Shown: positions 20,083-30,462, numbered from the stretch's first letter. The stretch: DNA of 64,000 nucleotides from Thermoplasmata archaeon (GCA_021792255.1 JAJYUZ010000004.1:68692-132691); one strand, 5' to 3'. The notes: a model not told the origin generated them from the sequence alone. Made by a program: numbers and translations.

Positions 20083-20279
20083 TCAGAGAACCAGCTGTTT
20101 CTCCGATGCTTCCTTCTTTTGCCTCTTGATGAACTCTTCCAGTCTCTCTCTTGTATCGTCGTCAAAACCGACGATCATTCCCGTAAGCGCAGCCGCTCCT
20201 CCTTAAGTTTATAGTATTCCTTCCAGAGCTCATCGATAATCTCCTGATCCTTTGGTGTTTCTGCAAGGAGTTCAAACAT
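20083..20279 (-). other. Two tiny overlapping ORFs (34 aa + 31 aa, ATGA junction) or one frameshifted ~66-aa gene
   Basis: On the minus strand, MFELLAETPKDQEIIDELWKEYYKLKEERLRLRE* (20279..20175) overlaps MIVGFDDDTRERLEEFIKRQKKEASEKQLVL* (20178..20083) by ATGA. Both are charged and helix-prone, and both fall below the ORF-track length cutoff. Confidence 0.25.
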
Positions 20280-20416
20280 CTTGCAGATATTATGAACAGC
20301 TTATATTCATGATTTACTGTGATCAAACCCAATAATGCATCATAATCAGGCACACTTCACTGACCTGTAAATCAGAATAAAAGGTGTTAAGTATGGATTT
20401 GGCATTTAGCTGTAGT

Positions 20417-20887
20417 ATGCCCGTAATCTCAATAATAATGGGCAGCAAGAATGACTGGGAGCATATGAAAGAATGTGTAACCGTCTTAGAAGAATTCAAT
20501 CTGGATTATGAAAAAAGAGTGGTATCTGCTCATAGAACTCCTGATTTCATGAAAGAATTCGCTGAAAATGCCGCTAAACGTGGTGTTAAGATAATAATCG
20601 CGGGGGCAGGTGGTGCGGCCCATCTACCCGGCATGACAGCTTCATTCACGACCCTCCCGGTTATTGGTGTCCCCATTGCGTCAAAGAATCTGAACGGTCT
20701 TGATTCACTTTTATCTATTGTTCAGATGCCATTTGGAATACCGGTTGCCACAGTGGCAATTGGGGGTGTAAAGAATGCTGTCCTTCTGGCTGTAAGAATA
20801 CTATCCCTAGAGAATGATGACCTTAGACTTAAATTGGAAAAGTTTATGGGCGATATGAAAAATGACGTTCTCTCGGCTACCATCTGA
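20417..20887 (+). CDS. purE: N5-carboxyaminoimidazole ribonucleotide mutase
   Basis: Starts [17 protein letters not shown], with later VVSAHRTPD and [10 protein letters not shown] motifs. The upstream GTG at 20384 given by the ORF track is less likely. Confidence 0.9.
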   Translation: MPVISIIMGSKNDWEHMKECVTVLEEFNLDYEKRVVSAHRTPDFMKEFAENAAKRGVKIIIAGAGGAAHLPGMTASFTTLPVIGVPIASKNLNGLDSLLSIVQMPFGIPVATVAIGGVKNAVLLAVRILSLENDDLRLKLEKFMGDMKNDVLSATI

Positions 20888-21947
20888 CCATACTATAGGA
20901 ATAATTGGAAGTGGCCAGCTTGGATTGATGATCGTTCTGGAATCTGCTAGACTTGGTGTCAAATTCAATGTATTAGGTAACAAAAGAGATTATGTTTGCA
21001 AATTTGCCAAGTGTTTCGACAACTCTGAGGACACGAAATTCCTAGACGACTCTACCCTCGTCACGTTTGAGTTCGAGCAAGGAAACGAAGAAGCAATGAT
21101 TAAGGCCTCAGATGAAGGGAAATTGGTACCGGAGTACAAAAACGTTTGGATGAAAATAGAGAGAGACAGGGAAAAGCAATTTTTGTTTGAAAACGGCTTC
21201 CCAGTAGCAAGGTTTGTTATCGCTCAGAATGGTAAAGAAGCCCTTAAGATTATCAGAGATGAATTCAACTGGAGCGCTGTCATAAAAAAAGTAAGAGGAG
21301 GATATAATGGTAAAGGCCAATATTATATCAGAAATATGAATTATGACCCACAAATTGAGAAAATCAATGAGAAAGTAGTTGTTGAGGAATTCATAGAATT
21401 CGATCACGAATCCTCTATTATTGTTACGAGAAGTAATAGTGAATTTGTTTCATATCCAGTGTCTCACAACGTCAATAAGGAAGGTATACTTCTTTACAAC
21501 TATGGCCCCATTAGAAGTTATGGAGAAAAGGAGATCGCAAGAAAACTGGCTGATAAATTAAATTACAGGGGTACTATGGGTATAGAATTTTTTGTGAATA
21601 ACGGAAAGGCAATCATCAATGAATTTTCTCCGCGGGTACATAACTCTGGTCATTATACAACGAATTCGTCATTCACTTCTCAATTTGAGAATCACATCCG
21701 GGGAATTTCAAATTCCCCACTAGGCGCTACGAATACGTTGAATTATTTCGGGATGATTAACTTGCTAGGTGTTCCATCTATTGATCCATTGGTAGAAAAC
21801 TATGGAAATATATTCTGGTATAACAAAGAAAATACCGCACCCAGGCGCAAAGTAGGGCACATAAATATTTCCGGGGAATCTATTGATGAGGTAATTAATA
21901 AAATTGAAATAATTCAAAAAATGATCTTTACACAACGCACTAGTTGA
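20862..21947 (+). CDS. purK: N5-carboxyaminoimidazole ribonucleotide synthase (ATP-grasp)
   Basis: 361 aa with [13 protein letters not shown] at the N-terminus, an ATP-grasp core, PRVHNSGH, and C-terminal RKVGHI. Overlaps purE by 26 nt. Confidence 0.85.
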   Translation: MTFSRLPSDHTIGIIGSGQLGLMIVLESARLGVKFNVLGNKRDYVCKFAKCFDNSEDTKFLDDSTLVTFEFEQGNEEAMIKASDEGKLVPEYKNVWMKIERDREKQFLFENGFPVARFVIAQNGKEALKIIRDEFNWSAVIKKVRGGYNGKGQYYIRNMNYDPQIEKINEKVVVEEFIEFDHESSIIVTRSNSEFVSYPVSHNVNKEGILLYNYGPIRSYGEKEIARKLADKLNYRGTMGIEFFVNNGKAIINEFSPRVHNSGHYTTNSSFTSQFENHIRGISNSPLGATNTLNYFGMINLLGVPSIDPLVENYGNIFWYNKENTAPRRKVGHINISGESIDEVINKIEIIQKMIFTQRTS

Positions 21948-21999
21948 CCTCTAAGCCTGCCGATCTTACACAATAGATTCAGATTGAGAGCATATTTTA

Positions 22000-22215
22000 C
22001 TATGTCTGGTGACACAAAAGCTTAGGTTCTATCTTATGAATAATCATAAGCATGGATACACATGTTTCTGATACGGGGTTTGAATAAATACAATAGTCAA
22101 GAAAAGGGGACTGACCTATTACGTATATTCCAAAATCTTTTAGCGGCTTGTTTATTGCTTTCTTCATCGTTTCCAAATCGCTCGTGCTACCCATCACGAC
22201 TGAAACTTTTTTCAT
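22000..22215 (-). pseudogene. Truncated purE-like fragment (N-terminal ~30 aa recognisable, remainder degenerate)
   Basis: MKKVSVVMGSTSDLETMKKAINKPLKDFGIYV parallels the PurE N-terminus (compare [31 protein letters not shown] at 20417). After that, the SAHR and GGAAHLPG motifs are absent and the ORF ends at 71 aa. Confidence 0.5.
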
Positions 22216-22319
22216 TGTGTTCGTTCGGTTAAGCGCTATGTGAATAAATGGCTAATGTGACCGTCACCTTTAGAATAAAAAGACAAAAAATATGAATACG
22301 TTATTTCGATTTTCACAGG

Positions 22320-22616
22320 ATGGTAACGAAAGAAGAGGTGCTCGAGGTACTGAAGACAGTCAGCGATCCGGAGATAGGCGTGGATATAGTAAATCTGGGT
22401 CTGATTTACAATCTAGACATCGATAACGATAAAGTCAACCTCAAAATGACTATGACTGCGCCAAGCTGCCCGGTCACAGACTGGATTCTGGTAGAAGCGC
22501 AGAAAAGAGTAGAGGAAATTCCCGGGGTAAAGGAATGCAATATTGAACTCGTCTGGGAACCTCAGTGGAACTTGGACATGATCTCCGACGAAGCACGAAA
22601 GATGTTGAATATGTAG
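22320..22616 (+). CDS. DUF59/MIP18-family Fe-S cluster assembly protein (SufT/PaaD-like)
   Basis: 98 aa with VLKTVSDPEIGVDIVNLGLIY and the MTMTAPSCPV conserved Cys motif. Confidence 0.8.
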   Translation: MVTKEEVLEVLKTVSDPEIGVDIVNLGLIYNLDIDNDKVNLKMTMTAPSCPVTDWILVEAQKRVEEIPGVKECNIELVWEPQWNLDMISDEARKMLNM

Positions 22617-22792
22617 TAAAACGGAAAGCAAAATTGCCTTCAATCCCCTCATTCTATTGAACAGAGCTTCAAGGGGAGACGGTTCTCTCTTGATTATGCC
22701 CAACCTGAAATCGGTACGTCTTAACCAGAACTGTTCATTGGTAGAAAAAGGAGATGCCTTCCACTGACGACATCTTCCTTTTTGGCCTTCTC

Positions 22793-24058
22793 TTAATTTC
22801 GTCCGAACTCTTTTGTAACTACCTTTATGTCCGCTGGTCTCTTGGCGATGTGACCCAGTTTTATACCATAAATCTCTCTGATACCATTCGTATAAGCTGT
22901 GTCAAGAAGTCTCTGGGAAACTATACCGCCCGTTACTATCCTAGAGTATTTCTTGTCGACTGTGTTGAATTTCTCTATGACTTCATTCAGTGGTAATTTG
23001 CCGATCAGTTCCCATGCATCATCATAGAAACGGACTTCTTTGCCTTGTGAAGCCTCTTCCAAAATTTTCATATAGGCCTTCACGCCCTGGGCCTTCTGTC
23101 CGTTTTCACCAGCTGGTGCTGGTGCGTTCTGACGTGCTTCGGCATTCGCTACTACCAGGGCTGGCTCTTCCTCCCTCTTGCGAGGGGCAGATTCGCTTTT
23201 CAAATTTAGCGTCTTGAGTTCCTCTTGCATCCCGTGTGATGCTAGATATTGATCAAGGGGAGACTTGTCTCTGAGAGCTTTTACGACCTGTTTGTACGTA
23301 AGTTCCTCGACTTCGAAACCGCTTGGAGCTCTTGCCACGAAGTCAAGATCAGCCACCTGCAGGAGTTCCTTAAGGATTAAGTCTCCTCCCCTGTCGCCAT
23401 CTAAGAAAGCCGTCGAAGTCTTCTGTTTTGTAAGTTCAGTAATAGTCTTGGAAATGTTCGTTCCCTCTACCGCTATGGTGTTTTTAATCCCAAATTTCAG
23501 TAGATTAAGAACGTCGTTTCTTCCTTCTACTACGATTATCGATTCGCTCGAGTTGAGGTTTGGACCACCTGGCAACTTATCAGAACCATATGCAGCTATT
23601 TCGGCGTTTTCTACCTTGCTTCTGACGGTCTGAACCAAGTCCTCTCCCAGATTCTTGTTGTTTAACAACATTTTTTCAAGGATTTCCTTGGCTCTCTCTA
23701 TGACCTTTTCCCTCTTCGCTACCCTGACATCTTCTACACTGAGAACATCAACCTTTGCCTTGCAGGGACCAATTCTATCTATCGTCTCAAGGCTGGCAGC
23801 AACAATGCTTGTCTCGACCTGATCGACTCCAGATGGAATGTATACGGTTCCTTCGGATTTACCGTTCTTGGATTCTATGTCTACTTCTATTCTTCCTATT
23901 TTTCCCGATTTTTGCAGATCTCGTAAGTCTAGTTCGTCACCAAGCAGACCCTCCGTCTGGCCAAAAATAGCTCCCACCACATCGGGCTTTTCTACTATCC
24001 CGTCGGTGACTATCTTTACCTTCATGAGATACTTGGTGATATTTGGATCTATATTCAC
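22793..24058 (-). CDS. dnaG: Archaeal DnaG primase-like protein (TOPRIM; exosome-associated)
   Basis: 421 aa. Conserved archaeal DnaG N-terminus YLMKVKIVTDGIVEKPDVVGAIFGQTEGLLG. TOPRIM region IIVVEGRNDVLNLLKFGI ... FLDGDRGGDLI. Confidence 0.9.
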   Translation of the reverse strand: MNIDPNITKYLMKVKIVTDGIVEKPDVVGAIFGQTEGLLGDELDLRDLQKSGKIGRIEVDIESKNGKSEGTVYIPSGVDQVETSIVAASLETIDRIGPCKAKVDVLSVEDVRVAKREKVIERAKEILEKMLLNNKNLGEDLVQTVRSKVENAEIAAYGSDKLPGGPNLNSSESIIVVEGRNDVLNLLKFGIKNTIAVEGTNISKTITELTKQKTSTAFLDGDRGGDLILKELLQVADLDFVARAPSGFEVEELTYKQVVKALRDKSPLDQYLASHGMQEELKTLNLKSESAPRKREEEPALVVANAEARQNAPAPAGENGQKAQGVKAYMKILEEASQGKEVRFYDDAWELIGKLPLNEVIEKFNTVDKKYSRIVTGGIVSQRLLDTAYTNGIREIYGIKLGHIAKRPADIKVVTKEFGRN

Positions 24059-24227
24059 TTTTTATCACCTCTATGTTACTGTGAAAGTAATATTTTGAAA
24101 CCCTCACGTCTGGATTAATAAAGAGTGAAATATAATGTTATCGTTATCAAAACCATTAATTTTCCGAGCTAAGAAAGATTAAATAAAGCAAGAGCATAGT
24201 CCAGTAAGTTTTGAAAGGGTGCTAATT

Positions 24228-24851
24228 ATGGAAGAACTTAAAACTGGTACTACGACATTGGCGATGATAGTAAAGGGCGGAATAGTAATTGCCGCGGACA
24301 GAAGGGTCACAGCTGGTTACATGGTTGCCCACAAGGTCGGGAAGAAGGTCTATAAGATAGATGATTACATTGGTATGACCACAGCAGGACTTGTAGGTGA
24401 TCTGCAGACTTTAGTTCGATATCTAAAAGCCGAAGCAGAACTGTACAAGTTCAAGAAAGGAACGAGAATAACCGTTTCTGGGCTATCGACCCTGCTCGCA
24501 AACATGCTAAATCAGACGAAATTTGCTCCATTCTATGTGCAGGTGATAGTAGCTGGCTACGATACGAATCCTCACGTATTTTCGATAGACGAGGCCGGTG
24601 GATCGGTCGAAGACAAGTACGTAAGCACCGGTTCAGGTTCGCCATTCGTCTATGGAGTCCTGGAGGACGGTTATAAGGAAAATCTAAGCAAGGATGAAGG
24701 AATAGACCTTGCAATAAGGGCAATCTCAACTTCTTTGCAGAGAGACGCTGCTACCGGGAATGGCATAGACATTGTTACTATAACTCCTGAAGAGGGATAC
24801 AAGGAGTTATCCGAAGAGGATGTTCAAAAGAGAATAAAGAAGCTTAAATAG
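24228..24851 (+). CDS. psmB: Proteasome subunit beta
   Basis: A short propeptide is followed by GTTTLAMIVKGGIVIAADRR (catalytic Thr). The ORF-track start at 24219 is a GTG three codons upstream. Confidence 0.9.
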   Translation: MEELKTGTTTLAMIVKGGIVIAADRRVTAGYMVAHKVGKKVYKIDDYIGMTTAGLVGDLQTLVRYLKAEAELYKFKKGTRITVSGLSTLLANMLNQTKFAPFYVQVIVAGYDTNPHVFSIDEAGGSVEDKYVSTGSGSPFVYGVLEDGYKENLSKDEGIDLAIRAISTSLQRDAATGNGIDIVTITPEEGYKELSEEDVQKRIKKLK

Positions 24852-24893
24852 TTATAATTTTTATTATTTTTGATTTTAAAGAAGGAATTTTTA

Positions 24894-26816
24894 ATGAGAT
24901 ATGAAGAAGTCATTTCTATTACGAAAGACAACCTCGAAACAATCTTTCCAGGACTAGGGTACACCAGCCTGGACATGGAGGGGGCGAATGTGGTCCTCTA
25001 CTCCAAGGAGAGCTATAAATTTCTGGAAGACCCCGAGAAGATCAAGAAACTCGCACAGTCCATTAGGAAAAGAATAATCATCAGACCGGATGCCTCCTCC
25101 CTCATTGGAGAGAAAGAGGCAGAGGAAAAGATAAGGAAAATAATGCCCAGCGATGTAGCAATCTCAGACATATTTTTCGAGCACGATTCCGGTGAGGTAA
25201 TCGTAGAGGTGGATGACCCGGAACGGATACAGGCATACGATTCGCAAATAATAGGTACAATAAGGAAAGAAGTAAAGTGGGCTCCAAGGATAATGAGAAC
25301 CCCGCCGATAAAGAGTGCAACGATCAAGATGGTAAGAGAATTCTTGAAGGCGGAGTCAGAGGAGAGGAGAAAATTCTTGAGGAATCTGGCCAAGAGGATA
25401 TCGAGGGATCCAATTCCCGGAGAGAATTACGTCCGTCTCGCTTGCCTCGGTGCGTGGAGGGAGGTCGGAAGATCATCTTCCCTTTTGATGACCAAGAATT
25501 CCAAGGTAATGATAGATTGCGGCCTGGACCCGGCAGCGATCGACACCGACGATCCGGCTAGTGGTGCTCCCTACCTGAGCGCCCCAGAAATATGGCCCCT
25601 TAACTCTGTGGATGGAGTAGTTCTTACGCACTCGCACATGGACCACGGAGGATTCCTGCCCTACCTTTTCAGTATAGGATACGACGGTCCGGTCTACCTG
25701 ACCGCACCTGCCAGAGACCTGTTACTGCTGTTGCTGATGGACTACGTCAAGCTGGGGATGTCAGAGAACAGGAAGGTTCCCTACAAGATGGAGGACGTCA
25801 GGAGCTTGATAAGGCACACGGTCACTCTCAACTACAACGAGACCACGGATCTCTCTCCTGATGTCAGGGTGACACTGAGGAATGCAGGACACATTCTAGG
25901 TTCGTCGGTCGTTCATTTTCACGTCGGAGAGGGATTTCATAACCTCCTGATGTCTGGCGACATAAAGTACATGAATTCGTGGCTTTTCAATGCTGCAGAC
26001 ACTAGACTTCCAAGGGTGGAAACATTCGTCACAGAAAGCACTTATGGTGGAAGAAATGATTTCCAACCGACCCGTCAGGAGGCAGGAGAAAGACTGGCTC
26101 AAATTGTGAGACTGGCCGCGGAGAGAAAGGGGAAGGTTTTGGTACCCGTTTTCGCAGTTGGAAGAAGTCAGGAAGTTATGCTGGTATTGGAGGAAAAATA
26201 CAGACTTGGAGAGATTCCAAAAGTACCCGTATACTTGGACGGAATGATTTACGAGGCTACGAGCATACACACAGCATATCCAGAGTTCCTAAACTCTAAC
26301 CTCAGGGATCTGATAACGAGGAAGAAGGAAAATCCATTTCTATCGGACATATTTGTGAGGGTGGATGCGCCGGATACCAGAGAAGAAATCGTCAGTGACG
26401 TTGGCCCCCTGGTCGTGCTTGCGACGTCAGGTATGATGAATGGAGGACCGGTCATCGAATATTTTTCCAACTGGGCGGACGATGAAAGGAACTTCTTGGT
26501 GTTTGTAGGTTATCAGGCTGAAGGCACACTTGGTAGAAAGATACTTTCAGGGTCCAAACAACTCAACGTGAGAAAAAATGACGGAATCAAGGAACTCAAG
26601 GTAGGAATGACTGTGGAGAGTGTCGATGGATTTTCTGGACATTCTGACAGAAGGCAGTTAATGAAATACATCGAAGCACTCGAGTTCAAACCCAAGAGAA
26701 TTCTCGTGAACCATGGGGATTCTAACAAGGCAGCCGAGCTATCCAGGGCCTTATCGATTAAGTTCGGTGTGGAAAGCTATGCACCCTATGATTTGGAGAC
26801 AGTCAGACTCAGGTAA
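24894..26816 (+). CDS. aCPSF1: KH-domain beta-CASP metallo-beta-lactamase ribonuclease
   Basis: N-terminal KH-like region, metallo-beta-lactamase motif VVLTHSHMDHGG, beta-CASP region, and C-terminal NHGD. About 640 aa from ATG 24894 (the ORF-track TTG at 24870 is possible). Confidence 0.9.
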   Translation: MRYEEVISITKDNLETIFPGLGYTSLDMEGANVVLYSKESYKFLEDPEKIKKLAQSIRKRIIIRPDASSLIGEKEAEEKIRKIMPSDVAISDIFFEHDSGEVIVEVDDPERIQAYDSQIIGTIRKEVKWAPRIMRTPPIKSATIKMVREFLKAESEERRKFLRNLAKRISRDPIPGENYVRLACLGAWREVGRSSSLLMTKNSKVMIDCGLDPAAIDTDDPASGAPYLSAPEIWPLNSVDGVVLTHSHMDHGGFLPYLFSIGYDGPVYLTAPARDLLLLLLMDYVKLGMSENRKVPYKMEDVRSLIRHTVTLNYNETTDLSPDVRVTLRNAGHILGSSVVHFHVGEGFHNLLMSGDIKYMNSWLFNAADTRLPRVETFVTESTYGGRNDFQPTRQEAGERLAQIVRLAAERKGKVLVPVFAVGRSQEVMLVLEEKYRLGEIPKVPVYLDGMIYEATSIHTAYPEFLNSNLRDLITRKKENPFLSDIFVRVDAPDTREEIVSDVGPLVVLATSGMMNGGPVIEYFSNWADDERNFLVFVGYQAEGTLGRKILSGSKQLNVRKNDGIKELKVGMTVESVDGFSGHSDRRQLMKYIEALEFKPKRILVNHGDSNKAAELSRALSIKFGVESYAPYDLETVRLR

Positions 26817-26871
26817 CAATTAAAGTAATTTTTAATAATACTTCTTTATACGGTTAAGGAAGGATGTAGTA

Positions 26872-27318
26872 ATGGTCAATTTCAAGGATATACCACCTGA
26901 AATGTTGATAATGGAAGTATCAAGCAGGCTGTCAAAGGAAATACCAGAGCCTAAATGGGTCAAAGAAGTGAAGACCGGTCAGCACAAGGAAAGAGGGCCT
27001 AGCGACGCTAACTGGTACTATATTAGAGCGGCTTCATTGCTCAGAAAAGTAGCAGTCAACTCGCCCATTGGAATCGAGAAACTGGCTTCTGAATATGGAG
27101 GAAAGGTTGATAGGGGCTCGAAGGCGCATCACGCAGGTAAAGGATCTAGGAAGGTACTCAGGACCGCTCTTCAAGACCTCGAAAAGCTTGGATACGTACT
27201 CAAGGGCAAAAAGGGTAGGTCAATTTCGTCTGCCGGGACAAAGCTGCTTAACTCTGCAGCACTAGGCGTGTCTGGCAAGTTGAAAGAGAAGATTCCCGCT
27301 ATTGAGAAATATATTTGA
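26872..27318 (+). CDS. rps19e: 30S ribosomal protein S19e (eS19)
   Basis: 148 aa with PEPKWVKEVKTGQHKERGP..NWYYIRAASLLRK and GSRKVLRTALQDLEKLGYV. Confidence 0.9.
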   Translation: MVNFKDIPPEMLIMEVSSRLSKEIPEPKWVKEVKTGQHKERGPSDANWYYIRAASLLRKVAVNSPIGIEKLASEYGGKVDRGSKAHHAGKGSRKVLRTALQDLEKLGYVLKGKKGRSISSAGTKLLNSAALGVSGKLKEKIPAIEKYI

Positions 27319-27332
27319 AGGGTGAGATACGG

Positions 27333-27674
27333 ATGACCGACGACAGAGAGCTTGAAGAAATCAAAAGGAAACGGCTCATGGACCTCCAAAATCAAGTTGC
27401 AGCTGGTCAGGATATGCAAGAGAGGGAAGAATTCCAACGCAAAGCTGCGGAGAAGGAGAGGCACGATGCCGTTAAGAGGTTCGTGACACCAGAGGCATAC
27501 GAAAGGCTCTCGAATGTCAGGCTCGTTCGACCCGACATGGTCGAGAACGTCGAAAATCAAATAATAATGCTTGCCCAGTCTGGTCGCCTCAACAGGTTGA
27601 TCACTGATGCAGAAGTAAAATCCCTCTTGGCAAGGTTATCAGAAAAGAGAGAGACAAAAATAGAAAGGAGATGA
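27333..27674 (+). CDS. PDCD5/TFAR19-like double-stranded DNA-binding protein
   Basis: Starts MTDDRELEEIKRKRLMDLQ, with later RFVTPEAYERLSNVRLVRPD and VENQIIMLAQSGRL, typical of the archaeal dsDNA_bind family. Confidence 0.8.
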   Translation: MTDDRELEEIKRKRLMDLQNQVAAGQDMQEREEFQRKAAEKERHDAVKRFVTPEAYERLSNVRLVRPDMVENVENQIIMLAQSGRLNRLITDAEVKSLLARLSEKRETKIERR

Positions 27675-27680
27675 ACTAAT

Positions 27681-27836
27681 TTGGCTAGAAACAAGCACGT
27701 GGCGACAAAAAAGAGACTGATGGCAAAGGTAAACGAGAATTCCAGGGTCCCAGCCTGGGTAATGATGAAGACCGACAGGAGAGTTACCACCAATCCGAAG
27801 AGGAGGACGTGGAGAAGGAATAAATTAAAGGAGTGA
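27681..27836 (+). CDS. rpl39e: 50S ribosomal protein L39e (eL39)
   Basis: 51-aa ORF missing from the ORF track: (TTG)[51 protein letters not shown]. It sits in the conserved position before rpl31e. Confidence 0.85.
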   Translation: MARNKHVATKKRLMAKVNENSRVPAWVMMKTDRRVTTNPKRRTWRRNKLKE

Positions 27837-27841
27837 GATAA

Positions 27842-28111
27842 TTGCCTGAAAAAGAGATTGAAATGACGATATCGCTTAGGGAAATTGTATACGTTTCGAG
27901 GAAGAGAAGGAGCTCTGCCGCCGTCTCCCTTTTGAGGAAGAAAGTGGCCCGCTTTGCGAAGGTCCCTTCTGAGAAGGTCTGGATCGATGATTCAGTCAAC
28001 AAATTCATTTGGAAGAGAGGCATAGAAAAGCCACCGAGGAAACTCCGCGTCAAAATACTGAAACTGGAAGAGGACAATTCCGCTGAGGTACTTCTTCCAG
28101 ACCAGGCATGA
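27842..28111 (+). CDS. rpl31e: 50S ribosomal protein L31e (eL31)
   Basis: 89 aa with RKRRSSAAVSLLRKKVARF and WKRGIEKPPRKLRVK. Start is TTG at 27842 or ATG at 27863. Confidence 0.85.
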   Translation: MPEKEIEMTISLREIVYVSRKRRSSAAVSLLRKKVARFAKVPSEKVWIDDSVNKFIWKRGIEKPPRKLRVKILKLEEDNSAEVLLPDQA

Positions 28112-28764
28112 TCCAAGTATCGAGAATATTCAATTCTCCATTCCTGGGAGTGTATCTCAGGACTTGGGAGGAATATACCCTCGTTCCGAGAAACACAGAT
28201 CGTGATATAAAGAGTCTAGTCTCAACATACCTGAAGACTGAACCGCTGGAGATGACTATAGGCAGCTCGAAATTACTCGGTTCTCTTTCCGTGATGAACT
28301 CTAACGGGATGATTTTCAGCAACATAATCTCCGAGGACGAACTCGGAGTCATACCCCGTGACGTCAACGTCGCAGTACTCAGAGACAACCTAAATGCAGT
28401 GGGAAACAACATCCTGGCCAACGACAGAGCAGCCCTCATTCACGAAGAGTTCACAGATGAATCCGTGAAGACAATAGGGGACGTTCTGGGCGTGGAGATA
28501 TTCAAAGGGAAATTTAAGGAAGTGAGGACGGTCGGTTCGAGTGGCCTTATAACATCTTCGGGACTCGTAATTCCCCCGAACATGACAGATGAGGAAATAG
28601 AAGAACTCGGCAAGATATTCGGAGTCAAAGGACGGGTGGGGACGGCAAACTTCGGGAGCCTCTATGTCGGAGCTTCCGTAGTGTCCAACAGCAAGGGTGC
28701 GTTGATAGGAGAGGACAGCACCACAATCGAGATTTCTAACATCGAAGAAGCACTCAATTTATGA
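28108..28764 (+). CDS. eif6: Translation initiation factor 6 (aIF6)
   Basis: 218 aa starting MIQVSRIFNSPFLGVYLRT, with five-fold pseudo-repeat architecture and GSLYVGASVVSNSKGALIG. Confidence 0.9.
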   Translation: MIQVSRIFNSPFLGVYLRTWEEYTLVPRNTDRDIKSLVSTYLKTEPLEMTIGSSKLLGSLSVMNSNGMIFSNIISEDELGVIPRDVNVAVLRDNLNAVGNNILANDRAALIHEEFTDESVKTIGDVLGVEIFKGKFKEVRTVGSSGLITSSGLVIPPNMTDEEIEELGKIFGVKGRVGTANFGSLYVGASVVSNSKGALIGEDSTTIEISNIEEALNL

Positions 28765-29297
28765 AGATAGAGAGGTGCCAAGGGGTCTACGAACCAGAGG
28801 ACGACTCTTATCTCCTCATGGAGATAGAGGAAGTCAGGGGAAAGATCATAGAAATAGGGTGTGGGACGGGAATTGTCGGTTTGAGTTATGCGGAAGCGGG
28901 GGCGAATGTCACACTCGTGGACACTTCAGAAAAGGCCGTAAAGTGCGCGAGTCGGAATGCTACGATAAATAGGATCTCGGCAAACGTAGTCAGAACCGAT
29001 ATGTTCGGAGGAATAAAGGGAAAATTTGATTACTGTCTCTTCAACCCCCCTTACCTTCCGAGCGAACCTCCAGATGACCCATCCTGGACGGGGGGGATAA
29101 GGGGAGACGAAATCACGATAGAATTTCTGCAGAATTTCAAGAATTTTTCGAAATGTGCTTTTTATATAGAGTCCTCATTATCTCCAATAACGAAGCGAAT
29201 GTTTAAGGGACTGGCTTTTCAGGTCGTGAAGAAAATAGAGTATGAGATTGAAGTGTTGAGTCTAATGAAGGTCAGTGTGAATGCCCTCCATAGATGA
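28761..29297 (+). CDS. SAM-dependent methyltransferase, HemK/Mtq2-like (NPPY motif)
   Basis: IEIGCGTGIVGL (SAM motif I) and FNPPYLP (N5-glutamine/N6-adenine MTase motif IV). Confidence 0.75.
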   Translation: MKIERCQGVYEPEDDSYLLMEIEEVRGKIIEIGCGTGIVGLSYAEAGANVTLVDTSEKAVKCASRNATINRISANVVRTDMFGGIKGKFDYCLFNPPYLPSEPPDDPSWTGGIRGDEITIEFLQNFKNFSKCAFYIESSLSPITKRMFKGLAFQVVKKIEYEIEVLSLMKVSVNALHR

Positions 29298-30372
29298 AGA
29301 GATCAAAGAACTGGAAGGAGAGATCAAGAAGACCCAGTACAACAAGGCCACAGAACATCACATTGGACGACTAAAGGCAAAGATTGCAAGGCTAGAGAAA
29401 GTTAAGGAAGAAAGGTCGAAGAAGGGGGGAGGAACAGGCTTTTTCATCAAGAAGGGGATTTATCCGAGCATAGGGCTACTAGGGCCTCCATCAGTTGGCA
29501 AGAGCAGCATTTTGAACGCCATTACGAATGCCGAAAGCAGGGTCGGAGCCTTTGATTTTACTACTCTGTCCATAGTTCCCGGGATAATGGAATACAAGAA
29601 CATGAAGTTCAGAGTTCTCGATCTTCCAGGGGTCATAGAGGGGGCGCACGAGGGGAAGGGAAGAGGGAGAGAGGTCATATCCGTTCTCCGCAACGTGGAC
29701 CTGATCCTAATTGTTATGGACCCATTCAAGTACGATCCATCCTACATCCTCAAAGAGTTGCAGAGAGAAGGGATTAGAATCAACCAGAAACCTCCAAAGA
29801 TGTCCATACTGAAGAAGGACAGAGGAGGGCTCAACATAACAAAGGTGGGAAAGTCCGAGTTCGACTCCGAACTATTAGAATCCATAAGCAGGGAATTTGG
29901 AATAATCAATGCCGACATAATTCTGAGGCAGTCGATGACGCCAGACGTCTTCATAGATGGTCTGCTCGGAAACAGGGTGTACCTACCAGCAATTTTCATA
30001 ATAAACAAATCAGACGTCGGCGAATTTTCCAGGGCTTACGAATTTTTGAAATCACTGGATCTAGACCCAGTTCCCATCTCGGTAGTCAAGAAAAAGAACA
30101 TCGAACTGTTGAAAGAGAAGATGGCAGGAAAGATCAGGATGATAAGGGTCCATCTCATCCCATCGAATGCACCTTCGGACAAGGAACCCATGGTCGTCAG
30201 GGAAGGCAGCACAGTCGAGGACGTGTGCAAGGCAGTTCATACGGAATTCGTTGAAAAGTTCAAATTTGCCACAATAACTGGCAAATCCGTGAGGTTTCCA
30301 AATCAGAGGGTGGGGTTGGAACACAGAGTCCAGGATGGAGACAATCTCACTGTGTTCCTGAGAAAGGGGTAA
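29281..30372 (+). CDS. DRG-family (Obg-like) GTP-binding protein with C-terminal TGS domain
   Basis: G1 motif GPPSVGKSSILNAIT, G3 motif DLPGVIEGA, G4 motif INKSD, and C-terminal TGS-like LEHRVQDGDNLTVFLRKG. Confidence 0.85.
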   Translation: MPSIDEEIKELEGEIKKTQYNKATEHHIGRLKAKIARLEKVKEERSKKGGGTGFFIKKGIYPSIGLLGPPSVGKSSILNAITNAESRVGAFDFTTLSIVPGIMEYKNMKFRVLDLPGVIEGAHEGKGRGREVISVLRNVDLILIVMDPFKYDPSYILKELQREGIRINQKPPKMSILKKDRGGLNITKVGKSEFDSELLESISREFGIINADIILRQSMTPDVFIDGLLGNRVYLPAIFIINKSDVGEFSRAYEFLKSLDLDPVPISVVKKKNIELLKEKMAGKIRMIRVHLIPSNAPSDKEPMVVREGSTVEDVCKAVHTEFVEKFKFATITGKSVRFPNQRVGLEHRVQDGDNLTVFLRKG

Positions 30373-30462
30373 AGTACCTATAAAAGAGCCATTGAGTAAG
30401 GTCTGACCAATATTTTTATATCGATTCACTATGCAGAGAGAAGCCTAACAGGTAGTGAAAAT

